This document shows, piece by piece, positions 50,233-59,172 of a stretch of DNA of 60,083 bases (the first letter of the stretch is position 1; each line of letters opens with the position of its first letter). The notes beneath the pieces are model-generated. The model searched no databases, was not told where the DNA came from, and was given only the letters and a program-made list of their open reading frames with translations. A program made the position numbers and the translations under genes. The DNA is taken from positions 1-60,083 of the forward strand of contig DAOTYA010000045.1 of the NCBI GenBank assembly GCA_034435075.1, written 5' to 3'. Origin of the DNA: Anaerolineae bacterium. Lineage in GTDB: Bacteria; Chloroflexota; Anaerolineae; B4-G1.

Positions 50233-53052
50233 ATGGAAAAAATTTTCAAAATCACAACTGCGTGTATGGTCGTTTTGTCGGTTATGCTGATGCCGGTTAC
50301 ATCGCCATTCCCCGCGGCTGCGCAGGGAGAAAATCCGCCACAAGCGTTCACAGTGAATGCTCCCGCAGCCACAGCCTCGCTTCACAATCCAACCTTCGAT
50401 AACCACGACTGGTACCAGTTTCATGAGCGCTATCAGAAAAGTTATCTGACAGGTTCGTGGCTTCCTGATGATGATAATAACGTGGGTAATAATATCCCAC
50501 CCAATATCCTGCAGGACTGGCGGTTGTGGTACCTGCGCGGCACAATCCCTGTTGAAACTGACCCGGAGCAAACTTATGCCCAAAACATTGAGGCTGTTCA
50601 GGTCCGCACATATTGGGACGGTAAGCACCTGGCCGGCCTCTATCAGGTGATATACAATACCACACCCTGCCGCACTTACAGATTCCAGATGTACGCCCAG
50701 TCCAGGCCAGAAGGCAGCGATGACTCACTGGTCGCCCTGCAGGTGGGCATTGACCGGGCGGGATGGCATCCCAACTCTGCGACGGATCCGGCCGTTGGCA
50801 CTTTTCCGTCCACGACCGTATGGGGTACTTCCAGCAACGCGTACAAGTGGTACTACGGGCTGTTGTCGGTGGAAGCCGATGCGCTGGGGAACTCCATCAC
50901 CGTGTTCACCTATGCTGACGCCAACGGCGGGCGATCGCACCGGATATTGTGGGATACCGGCTCGTTCGCCGAGGTGCCGCGCACTGCCAATCTGATTGAC
51001 GCCACCCGGCCGCTGCCGGCGCCCACCGGTGGTATCAACAATATCTCCGCGGTGCCCTCAGCGAACAGCGCTGTAATCTCGTGGGATACGGGGACAGTTT
51101 CAACTTTGGGACAGGTGCTGTACCGGCGGGTAACCACTCCACCGGGAAGCTGGCAGTACTCAGCTCTACTCAACTGGAGTACGGCGCATCAGGTTACCCT
51201 GACCGGCTTACAAAGCGACTCCGTTTACGAGTATGTTGTGGTGTCTTATGGATACATCGGCGGTACCTGCAAAGTGATCGTCTCCGAGACCGCGCCACCA
51301 CGTCAGTTCACCACATGGACCCCTGTGGCTTCTGTAGCAATCAGCGGCCCGACGACCGGGTTGCCACGGACCAGCTACAATTTTGTGGCAACCGTCAGCC
51401 CTGCTGCTGCCACGCTCCCGATCACCTATACCTGGCAGGCCACCGATCAGGCAGAGGTGACGCGTGTGGTATACAGCACCAGCGATCAGGCGGCTTTTAC
51501 CTGGAATACCATCGGCACAAAGGAGGTCATTGTGACCGCCAGGAATGCAGGTGGTATGGTCTCCGCTCGCCACTATATCACGATTATCGGCGACGAGTAT
51601 GAGCCTGACGACATGTGCACACAGGCTCGTTCCATATCTACCGACGGAACGGTCCAGGTCCACAATTTCCACGTCTCGACCGACGTGGATTGGGTGCGCT
51701 TCGACGCCGAGGCTGGCAAGACCTATCTTATTGAAGGGCTGACTCCCCACGGATCTGATGCACATCTGTATCTGGGACTCTACTCAGATTGTTTTACACT
51801 CAGCGGGGGGCAATATAATGAATTCAGCCCCGATGTGCGTATGCTGTTCACCCCTACTCAGAATAAGAGCTATTACCTCTACCTGCGCCATGCCTTCCCT
51901 GATCAGCAGGTGTCGCGGGCGACTTATCGCCTCTCTGTACGCGGGTTAGACGCTGTGAAGGCGCCTGGGGCTGTGATCCTGGTCGCGGGTAAATACCAGG
52001 AAGGCACACCGGTTCAGGCGAGCATCCACCAGGCCACCGACGCGATCTATCGGTTCTTTCTCACCCGTGGCTATGACGGTGAGCACATTCACTATCTGGC
52101 AGCCGACCCCACGCTGGACCCTGACGGAGACGGCACGCCCGATGTTGATGAGGCGCCCACGAAAAACAATTTGTACCGTGCCATAACATCATGGGCGATT
52201 GGTCGCGTGGACGAAGAGCACCCGCTCGTAGTTTACATGGTGGGCAGCGGCGGCTCCGGCTACTTTTACCTGAACGGGAGCACGGAAAAGGTCTACCCAA
52301 CCCAGCTACACTACTGGCTGGGTGCCCTGGAAGCTCTTTACTCGGGGCTGGAGATCAGCATTGTCATAGACTCTCCCAAGGCTGGCAGCTTCGTTGATGC
52401 GTTAAGTAAGTCGGGGCGGGTGGTCATCGCTTCCACCGATGCCTGGCAACTGGCCTGGGCTGCCGGGGATGGCACGCTCTTCTCAAGCCACTTTCTTACC
52501 TCTCTGAGCCGGGGGCTGAGCCTGCGCGATAGCTTCGAGAAGGCCAGGCTTGCAGTGGAGAATGTCCAGCCCGTACAAACGCCCTGGCTTGAGGATAACG
52601 GGAATGGAACACCCAACGAGGAGACAGAGGGCACAATAGCGGGGCAGCGTTTCTTTGCCACTCATACCAGCATACTCAGCGATGTGGTAAAGTGGCCGCC
52701 CTACATCGCCAACGCGGAGATCGGCCGCATTGTCAGCGGAAGGGGCATAATCACCGCGGAGGTGCGTGATGACGCCGGTGTGGTGGGGGTGTGGGCCGCG
52801 ATATACCCACCGACTTACACGCTTCCTCCATCCACCGGGGAAGACCTGGTGCTGGATGCTGTCCCTACCGTGACGCTGATGCACGCAGGGGGCAATCTCT
52901 ACGCCGCGGAGTATGCGGGCTTTTCCAGCACGGGGATCCCGATGAGCCGCATCGTGGTTTACGCTGTGGATGGGGATGGCCTGGAGGGCACCCCCTGGGT
53001 GATATGGGGAGGCCGCATTTACCTGCCGCTGGTCTTGCGCGGGCAGCAATAA
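50233..53052 (+). CDS. secreted multidomain protein: FN3-like, PKD-like, PPC (pre-peptidase C-terminal) and legumain (C13)-like domain with substituted catalytic dyad
   Basis: Start at MEKIFKITTACMVVLSVMLMPV (signal). FN3-like region (AVISWDTGT..VTLTGLQSDSVYEY), PKD-like region (YNFVATVSP..YTWQA..VTARNAGG), PPC (EPDDMCTQA..DVDWVRFDA..YRLSVRG), C13-like region (VVYMVGSGGSGYFYL ... ISIVIDSPKAGSF). Ends IYLPLVLRGQQ. Confidence 0.8.
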   Translation: MEKIFKITTACMVVLSVMLMPVTSPFPAAAQGENPPQAFTVNAPAATASLHNPTFDNHDWYQFHERYQKSYLTGSWLPDDDNNVGNNIPPNILQDWRLWYLRGTIPVETDPEQTYAQNIEAVQVRTYWDGKHLAGLYQVIYNTTPCRTYRFQMYAQSRPEGSDDSLVALQVGIDRAGWHPNSATDPAVGTFPSTTVWGTSSNAYKWYYGLLSVEADALGNSITVFTYADANGGRSHRILWDTGSFAEVPRTANLIDATRPLPAPTGGINNISAVPSANSAVISWDTGTVSTLGQVLYRRVTTPPGSWQYSALLNWSTAHQVTLTGLQSDSVYEYVVVSYGYIGGTCKVIVSETAPPRQFTTWTPVASVAISGPTTGLPRTSYNFVATVSPAAATLPITYTWQATDQAEVTRVVYSTSDQAAFTWNTIGTKEVIVTARNAGGMVSARHYITIIGDEYEPDDMCTQARSISTDGTVQVHNFHVSTDVDWVRFDAEAGKTYLIEGLTPHGSDAHLYLGLYSDCFTLSGGQYNEFSPDVRMLFTPTQNKSYYLYLRHAFPDQQVSRATYRLSVRGLDAVKAPGAVILVAGKYQEGTPVQASIHQATDAIYRFFLTRGYDGEHIHYLAADPTLDPDGDGTPDVDEAPTKNNLYRAITSWAIGRVDEEHPLVVYMVGSGGSGYFYLNGSTEKVYPTQLHYWLGALEALYSGLEISIVIDSPKAGSFVDALSKSGRVVIASTDAWQLAWAAGDGTLFSSHFLTSLSRGLSLRDSFEKARLAVENVQPVQTPWLEDNGNGTPNEETEGTIAGQRFFATHTSILSDVVKWPPYIANAEIGRIVSGRGIITAEVRDDAGVVGVWAAIYPPTYTLPPSTGEDLVLDAVPTVTLMHAGGNLYAAEYAGFSSTGIPMSRIVVYAVDGDGLEGTPWVIWGGRIYLPLVLRGQQ

Positions 53053-53145
53053 AGACTTTCGGGGCGAGTCGTCGGCTCGCCCCGAATACTTCAAGGACAG
53101 GTGACTGGCAGGGCTGAAGGCACTGGCCGGCTGGCCCTATTTTCG

Positions 53146-54435
53146 CTACAATCCAATCGCTTTCTTCAGCGCCGTCAGTTCCTCCGCGTGAGCCTGCACC
53201 TTGCGTATGGCGGATATGGCATCCTCCACCCCCTGATGGCCCGCGCGGAAGATACACTCGTCCAGCCAGACCGCCTCGCGTTCACAGGCCCTTTCGGCTT
53301 CGGGGAAGGCAAGGGTGTCGAACCTGAAGCGTTCGGGGAAAGCGCTGGGCACTGGCAGGCGAGAGAGATGAGGGCGGAAAAGCGTGTAGCGGTGCATCGC
53401 CTCGTAGCCCACCCAGCAGGGGATGCCCTCAGCTTCCAATGCCGCGCACACCACGTCGTGCTCCGCTCCGAATATCTCCGGCTGTATCGCAAATATGTAC
53501 CTGTAGAAAGAGCGAACGGTGTGGCGCGGATCGCGCTTTAGCAAACGTACACCGGGTATCTCCCTCAACCCCTCCTCCAGAAGGGCGAGCAGCTCTTCAC
53601 GTTGCTTCACCTGCTCCGGGAAGCGCTCCAGAGCCACATTGCCCAACGCGGCATGCAGTTCCGAGAGGCGATAGTTGACGCCCATAGTCAGCCCCGAACC
53701 GTTCACGTCCGAGGCCTCAGTTTCGTGATGGGGCGGGGTGAGGCTGTGAGGACGGCCGCAATCAATGATGCTCGCTGCCCGCGCTGCAAGCTCCGGTGTG
53801 CGGCATAAAAGCACTCCCCCTTCGCCGGTGGTCAGTATCTTGGATGACTGGAGGCTGAAGGAGCCGAAATGGCCGATGGTGCCGGCCCCTCGCCCGCGCC
53901 AGCGCGCTCCGTGAGCATGGGCGCAGTCTTCGATCACGTACAGGCCATGCCGTTCTGCAATCTCCATGATGGCGTCCATATCGGCCATCTGGGCCCCAAG
54001 ATGAACCGGGATAATGGCGCGGGTACGGGGTGTGATGGCTGCCTCTACTGCCCTGGGGGAGATGCAATAGGTCTCCGGGTCAATATCAACCAGCACCGGA
54101 ATGGCGCCAGCAGCCATGGGTGCGGCGGCGGTCGCCTGGAAGGTGTAGGCAGGGATGATGACCTCATCGCCCCAGCCAATGCCGGCAGCGCGGCACGCGA
54201 CCTCCATAGTTATAGTGCCATTGGCCATCAGCACAGCATATCTCCCACCCTGCATCTCGGCGAAGCGACGGGCAAATTCCGCGCTCTGGGGGCCAGGGTA
54301 GGGATAGCCGCCCCACCGGCCGGACTTGACGACGGCGGTGACGGCGGCAATATCCCGCTCATCGTAGACCGGCCAGGATGGATATGGTGTCGTGCGCGTG
54401 GGCGTGCCACCCAGGAGGGCCAGTTGAGATGCCAT
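53146..54435 (-). CDS. DegT/DnrJ/EryC1/StrS-family PLP aminotransferase
   Basis: LLGGTP.., DEVIIPAYTF, VHLGAQMADMD, and the PLP-Lys context SFSLQSSKILTTGEGG. Confidence 0.9.
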   Translation of the reverse strand: MASQLALLGGTPTRTTPYPSWPVYDERDIAAVTAVVKSGRWGGYPYPGPQSAEFARRFAEMQGGRYAVLMANGTITMEVACRAAGIGWGDEVIIPAYTFQATAAAPMAAGAIPVLVDIDPETYCISPRAVEAAITPRTRAIIPVHLGAQMADMDAIMEIAERHGLYVIEDCAHAHGARWRGRGAGTIGHFGSFSLQSSKILTTGEGGVLLCRTPELAARAASIIDCGRPHSLTPPHHETEASDVNGSGLTMGVNYRLSELHAALGNVALERFPEQVKQREELLALLEEGLREIPGVRLLKRDPRHTVRSFYRYIFAIQPEIFGAEHDVVCAALEAEGIPCWVGYEAMHRYTLFRPHLSRLPVPSAFPERFRFDTLAFPEAERACEREAVWLDECIFRAGHQGVEDAISAIRKVQAHAEELTALKKAIGL

Positions 54436-54462
54436 AAAGACCTCCGCTTTTGGCGACAGAAG

Positions 54463-55407
54463 TCATAAGGGGGGAGCCAACAGCCTGGCAAGCTTAGCAC
54501 CGGTCTCGTGCCAGGTGATCTTCGATATCCCCAGTTTTTGACGTAATGTCTCCTCATCCATCCCTGCCCTGGCGTCGCGCACTGCGCAGGTCCAACGCAA
54601 CATCTCGAACGAGAGGCCGTTGGGAAGGTCAGCCTGGAGCGCCACGTCGCTCAGCACATACTCCAGGTTACGAGCAGTGCATGGGAAGAGAGCTTTTTCC
54701 GGCTGGTACTGGAGCCGGTATTCGCTCAGCACCCGCGGCCACCATTCGGGCAGGCGCAGTTTGCGCTCCTTATGACGATAGCGCGGGTTGGAATAGCGAA
54801 CCCAGAGCACCGGCTGGGAGGGATCGCTGAAATCCAGGTGATCCAGCAAGATGTTCATACATTCGCTTTTCTTGATGCCGGTGTGCAGTAACAATGTCAC
54901 CAGCAGGTGTGGGCGGGCATCCGGCTTTTCGCCGTGGCGCATCGCCTGGGTGACATCCAGCATGCGCTCGACCTCAGCGTCGCTCAGGATGATGGGGAGT
55001 GGGGTCGTCACAGGCCTGTGTATCAGGGGAGCTGCAGGGTCAGCGGGCAACACCTCACTTGCCGCGAGCCAGCCAAAGAACACCTTCAGCGTGGTGATGC
55101 GGCGGGCCAATGATTTGGGGTTACATGGCACGCCCCGCTCGTATACCAGCCAGTGAGTGAAGTTCTTTAGCTCTTGAGTGGAGATGGCGCCTATAGCAGT
55201 ACCTGCCCCGATGAAGCGAGTGAAGATGTTCAAATCGTAGAGGAAGGACTTGATGGTATTTTCGGCAAACCCCTGCCGCTTCATGTGAAGCTCGAAGGCG
55301 CTTATGACGGTGCGCAACGATGATTTACTATCAAGCTTACCTGTGGTAGCAGGAGGGACCTCCTCCATTCCTGGCAGGGGCGTTTGTGTGGCTACCTGAT
55401 CAGCCAT
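54463..55407 (-). CDS. tyrosine-recombinase (phage integrase)-fold protein with non-canonical active-site positions
   Basis: Start at MADQVAT behind AAGGAG. SAM-like core-binding N-domain (FELHMKRQGFAENTIKSFLYDLNIF). The catalytic domain reads LLLHTGIKKSE (Lys at the Arg-I position), EMLRWTCAV (HxxR box with E and W at the His positions) and LGISKITWHETG (no Tyr). Confidence 0.62.
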   Translation of the reverse strand: MADQVATQTPLPGMEEVPPATTGKLDSKSSLRTVISAFELHMKRQGFAENTIKSFLYDLNIFTRFIGAGTAIGAISTQELKNFTHWLVYERGVPCNPKSLARRITTLKVFFGWLAASEVLPADPAAPLIHRPVTTPLPIILSDAEVERMLDVTQAMRHGEKPDARPHLLVTLLLHTGIKKSECMNILLDHLDFSDPSQPVLWVRYSNPRYRHKERKLRLPEWWPRVLSEYRLQYQPEKALFPCTARNLEYVLSDVALQADLPNGLSFEMLRWTCAVRDARAGMDEETLRQKLGISKITWHETGAKLARLLAPPL

Positions 55408-55500
55408 AACACTCCTTATCCAGCCGCCGGACTGAGGCCTTACAAGATGCGGGCAGCAAAACAGGGAGACTACTTTGCCATCTCTCAATCGCAGATGGCT

Positions 55501-55818
55501 CTATCTCTTCTTCAGCCAATAACGGTAGACCTCCAGCCATTCTGCGCCTTCGGCATCGCTCGCAGCCACGTGGATGCACTCCAGCGGGACAATCTTCTCG
55601 GCGCCGCCTTTCTCCACGCGGGCCATAATGCCCGCCTCCGGGCTGCTCGCGGCCCCGTCCAGGCCTGCCAGTGAAATCTCTTCTCCGTCAACCGTGGCCT
55701 TCAGGGGATAGGACACCCGACCCACCAATGCGGAAAAGACCGCCCAAAATTCATCTTCTTCGTCATAGCAGTGGGAAATCGCCTCCTCTAATAATGCCTG
55801 CCACCTCGCCTCGTTCAT
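55501..55818 (-). CDS. small acidic protein, CcbP-like (cyanobacterial calcium-binding protein family)
   Basis: AISHCYDEEDEFWAVF...IVPLECIHV...EWLEVYRYWLKKR parallels the remembered Anabaena CcbP pattern (VDCYDEYEQ..., ..AVPLSQLEV.., ..DWHYWVKRGY). Confidence 0.5.
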   Translation of the reverse strand: MNEARWQALLEEAISHCYDEEDEFWAVFSALVGRVSYPLKATVDGEEISLAGLDGAASSPEAGIMARVEKGGAEKIVPLECIHVAASDAEGAEWLEVYRYWLKKR

Positions 55819-55960
55819 CTCCCGCCCCGTACCTACTCAATTTGTCACCAGAATGCTAACCCTTAAACGCATTGTGGCAAAAGCCGCACATAGAGCAGCC
55901 TTTCCAGGTTGCTGGCAGGCTAGAAAGCCTGCCCCACGTGTCACTTTTGCCATCATGCCT

Positions 55961-57112
55961 TTAAACGCTCAGTATAACTGCCGCACCACTGGTGGTTGGC
56001 ACGCCGCGCCAGCCGAAGGCCAGCCCTGCTTCGGCGCCCTTAATCTGGCGCGGCCCGGCCTGTCCACGCAGTTGAAGCACTACCTCCAACACACGCGCCA
56101 GTCCCGTTGCATCGAGCAGGTGGCCCTGCCCCAACGCCCCACCAGATGGGTTGACCGGGAACTCACCGGTCAGCTCTGTGCTGCCCTCGGCGGTCCAGGC
56201 GCCGGCGCTGCCCGGCGGGCACAATCCCAGCGCCTCCAGATGTTGCAGCTCTTTGTACGCGAAGGTGTCATCAATCTCGGCAAAGTCTATCTCAGCACGG
56301 GGACTTCTGATACCGGCAGTGCGATAGGCCATCTGGGCCGCGTCGTGGGCGTAGCGGGCCTGCCCCCAGGGTCGGCTCTCCAGCCAGGGCGTATCGTTAG
56401 CCCAGCCAAGTCCACGTACCCACACCGGGGTATCCGTGAGCGCACGTGCGGTGGTACCCTCGGCAAGGACGATGACAATGGCACCATCGCTATGAGCAGC
56501 GCACTCCAGACGGGTCAGCGGTTCGGCTATCGGCTCTGAGAGCAACACGTCTTCTGGTGTGATGGCCGCACCATGCCCTGCCAGCGGGTTGAGCAGGCCG
56601 TTATTGCGGTTCTTGGCCGCCACGTAAGCGCACTCATAGTGAGTGGTACCTGTCTCGGCCATGTATCGGCGCATCTCCATTCCGGCGACATAACAGGGAT
56701 GGGCGGCAAGTGGCCGGTTGAAGATCGGGTCGAAAGCGAAGGCCGTCACGTAAGGCAGGGTCAGGATGTTGGAAGCCTTGCTGTGGCCCTCGACCACGAC
56801 CACGTTAAACTGGCCGGTCAGGATTTGCATCACACCGGCCGCCAGGCCGTGGATACCCTCGCCCGCGATTGTGTGATTGGGGCGGAGCGCGCCGCCTAAC
56901 TGATCCGGGGTATATTCGTCGAAGATGCTGGTACCCTCGTGATAGTCCTCGCCCACGGTAACGAAGCTGTCTACATCTCTGCGCGGGTCAATGCCGGCTT
57001 CCTCGTATGCCCGGACGGCAGCTTCGTACATCATCTCCTTGTAGGAAAGCTCAGGGGTGATGGAACGGAAACCACTCCAGCCGACCCCCACGATGGCGAC
57101 TTCTCGTATCAT
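55961..57112 (-). CDS. thiolase-fold protein (SCP-x/archaeal-type) lacking the N-terminal nucleophile Cys
   Basis: MIREVAIVGVGWSGF.., C-terminal NPSGGALGQGHLLDATG. The position of the usual (A)ACASG motif reads IAGEGIHG. Confidence 0.78.
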   Translation of the reverse strand: MIREVAIVGVGWSGFRSITPELSYKEMMYEAAVRAYEEAGIDPRRDVDSFVTVGEDYHEGTSIFDEYTPDQLGGALRPNHTIAGEGIHGLAAGVMQILTGQFNVVVVEGHSKASNILTLPYVTAFAFDPIFNRPLAAHPCYVAGMEMRRYMAETGTTHYECAYVAAKNRNNGLLNPLAGHGAAITPEDVLLSEPIAEPLTRLECAAHSDGAIVIVLAEGTTARALTDTPVWVRGLGWANDTPWLESRPWGQARYAHDAAQMAYRTAGIRSPRAEIDFAEIDDTFAYKELQHLEALGLCPPGSAGAWTAEGSTELTGEFPVNPSGGALGQGHLLDATGLARVLEVVLQLRGQAGPRQIKGAEAGLAFGWRGVPTTSGAAVILSV

Positions 57113-57179
57113 ATGTGCCCCCTGGTAGCATTACAACCGCTCTCCTGGTGAGCGTGGGCGGGAATCAGTATGACCGCCC

Positions 57180-57980
57180 TCAGTGCATCTCCTGTCCGCC
57201 GGTAACGTTGATAGCCTGCCCGGTCATGTAGCTGGCCTGATCAGAGGCCAGGAAGACGACCACATTGCACACATCATCATAGGTGCAGCCGCGTTTCATC
57301 GGCACCTGCTCGATGTACTTCTGGCGCACTTCCTCCTCACTGATTCCCCACTTCCTGGCATACTGCTTGTAAAGCGAGTGCACCCACAGCGGTGAGTCCA
57401 GCAGGTTGCCTGGACAGACAGCGTTGACGCGCACGCCGTACTCGGCCAGCTCCAGAGCGATAGACTGCGTGAGTCCGATCCCCCCAAATTTTGAGGCAGC
57501 ATAGGCGGAGTTTTTGTAACTGCCTCTCTTGCCAGACTTCGAGTTAATCTGGATGATCACACCGCTCCGCTGGGTTTTCATCACGCGGGCAGCATGCTTG
57601 GCACACAGGAAGTAGCCGAACAGGTTGACGTTGATCACCGCCTGCCATTTGTCAGCGGGAAAGTCCTCTATAGCCTCGGCGATGAGGATACCTGCGTTAG
57701 CAACAAGGATGTCCAGGCGGCCAAATTCCTGAAGAGCGTGCTGGACCATGGCCTCCACCTGCTCTTCAACGGTCACGTCCACACGAACAGCACTGGCACG
57801 CCGATCTGTGCTGGCCATAATCTCGTCAGCCACGCGCCGGGCGCCTTCAAGATTGAGGTCAGCTACGATGACATGTGCGCCTTCACGTGCCAGTCGGTGG
57901 CAGATGGCCTCTCCGAGTCCCTGGGCACCGCCGGTCACGATGGCGATACGGTCCTGCAGCGGTTTATCCATCAATACCAT
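57180..57980 (-). CDS. short-chain dehydrogenase/reductase (SDR)
   Basis: TGGAQGLGEAI, NAG, and YAASKFGG catalytic motif. Confidence 0.92.
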   Translation of the reverse strand: MVLMDKPLQDRIAIVTGGAQGLGEAICHRLAREGAHVIVADLNLEGARRVADEIMASTDRRASAVRVDVTVEEQVEAMVQHALQEFGRLDILVANAGILIAEAIEDFPADKWQAVINVNLFGYFLCAKHAARVMKTQRSGVIIQINSKSGKRGSYKNSAYAASKFGGIGLTQSIALELAEYGVRVNAVCPGNLLDSPLWVHSLYKQYARKWGISEEEVRQKYIEQVPMKRGCTYDDVCNVVVFLASDQASYMTGQAINVTGGQEMH

Positions 57981-58028
57981 TCACCTCCTCGACGCTGAAG
58001 TGTTCGGCCAGCGTAACCTTCAGGCGGA

Positions 58029-58154
58029 TGTCCGTCATATTTTGCATCCCCTCCGGCTCGGGCCGGTCTTCAGACCACACCCGACGCCGCACGACCGGCC
58101 ACAGTGTAGGACAACTGCGAGCAGTTGTCCTACCTCATGCAAAGAGACGGACAC
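58029..58154 (+). repeat. MITE-like element (TIR TGTCCGTC/GACGGACA) carrying SR2 (58053-58104) and SR3 (58106-58133)
   Basis: TGTCCGTCATATTTTGCAT ... ATGCAAAGAGACGGACA inverted ends. Interior matches 1870-1942 and 45111-45222. Confidence 0.75.
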
Positions 58155-58160
58155 CCCCTT

Positions 58161-58199
58161 CAAGCCAATTGAAATCGCCCTCTTCGGGCACTTCGCGCC
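58161..58199 (-). repeat. uninterrupted GGCGCGAAG..SR4 composite (reverse orientation)
   Basis: The reverse complement reads GGCGCGAAGTGCCCGAAGAGGGCGATTTCAATTGGCTTG. Confidence 0.8.
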
Positions 58200-58307
58200 A
58201 CGTGTCGGCCTGCACCGCCCGGTGGTGCACCAGAAGCAGGTCAGCTGAGGCCGACCGAAGCCTGCGGCCCAAAAGGGTGTACGGGCAGGGAATGCCTCGC
58301 TCTTAGT

Positions 58308-58393
58308 GCCTATCCGAAAAACGTAACCGACGCATCCCTATGCGTCGGTATAAGCGGCATAGGGATGCCGCTTGTACGGTTTTTCGGATAGGC
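58308..58393 (+). repeat. CR1 repeat, copy F
   Basis: Identical to the reverse complement of copy C. Confidence 0.95.
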
Positions 58394-58447
58394 TCTTACA
58401 GTCACCGCCTGAATAGGTCCGGTATAACAGGTTACGGCTGTAACAGC

Positions 58448-59098
58448 CTACTCTGTTTCGAGCACAATCACTTCTCCGCGATACGCTTTAAGGAAGCGCT
58501 CCACGTCGGAGCGGGAGCCGACAACGCCCTTGCCCCAATGCATGGGCACCACCACGCGGGGCTGAATATCAGCCGCTGCTCGCGCTGCTTCCTCCGCATC
58601 CATCGTGTACGTTCCCCCGATGGGCAGTAAAGCCACATCACAGCGCAGCCCGCTCATCTCCGGAATGTGGTCAGTGTCCCCGGCAAAGTAAATACGCTCA
58701 CCGCCCAATGTGACAATATACCCCACATACCCGGCTTCACGGGGATGGAAAGGGACGCCAGGTGAGCGAAACTTGTTGGTGTTGTAAGCCGGCACTGCTT
58801 CCACCTCTACCTCTCCGATTGACATCCGCTCCCCCGGACGTATGGGGCGTACATCACCTCGCAGCTTCTTAGCCGCTTCTTCACTGGCCACGATGACTGT
58901 ACTGATGTTAGTGATTCGCGCCACGTCATCAGGCGAGCAGTGATCGAAGTGATCATGGCTGACCAGAATCAGGTCGGCCTGGGGCAGTTTGCCCTTCAAC
59001 TGCCAGGGGTCAAAATAAATCACGGGGGGGCCATCGAGGCGAAAGCTGGCATGGCCCAGCCAATGCAAACGTTTTAGCAAAGCGACTGAAGCGTTCAT
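58448..59098 (-). CDS. MBL-fold metallo-hydrolase
   Basis: LILVSHDHFDHCSPDD (HxHxDH) and downstream His/Asp ligand residues. Confidence 0.88.
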   Translation of the reverse strand: MNASVALLKRLHWLGHASFRLDGPPVIYFDPWQLKGKLPQADLILVSHDHFDHCSPDDVARITNISTVIVASEEAAKKLRGDVRPIRPGERMSIGEVEVEAVPAYNTNKFRSPGVPFHPREAGYVGYIVTLGGERIYFAGDTDHIPEMSGLRCDVALLPIGGTYTMDAEEAARAAADIQPRVVVPMHWGKGVVGSRSDVERFLKAYRGEVIVLETE

Positions 59099-59172
59099 TG
59101 GATGCTCCCTAACATGGTATAATAATTGTCGGGGCCACGATCACCCCGACGCCTTACTTGAAAGCATTGCGC

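Noticed and set aside
2108-58393. Possibility that the recurring palindromes form a CRISPR array.
   Set aside because: The copies are dispersed kilobases apart in both orientations, separated by genes rather than by uniform 30-40-nt spacers. No cas genes are present.
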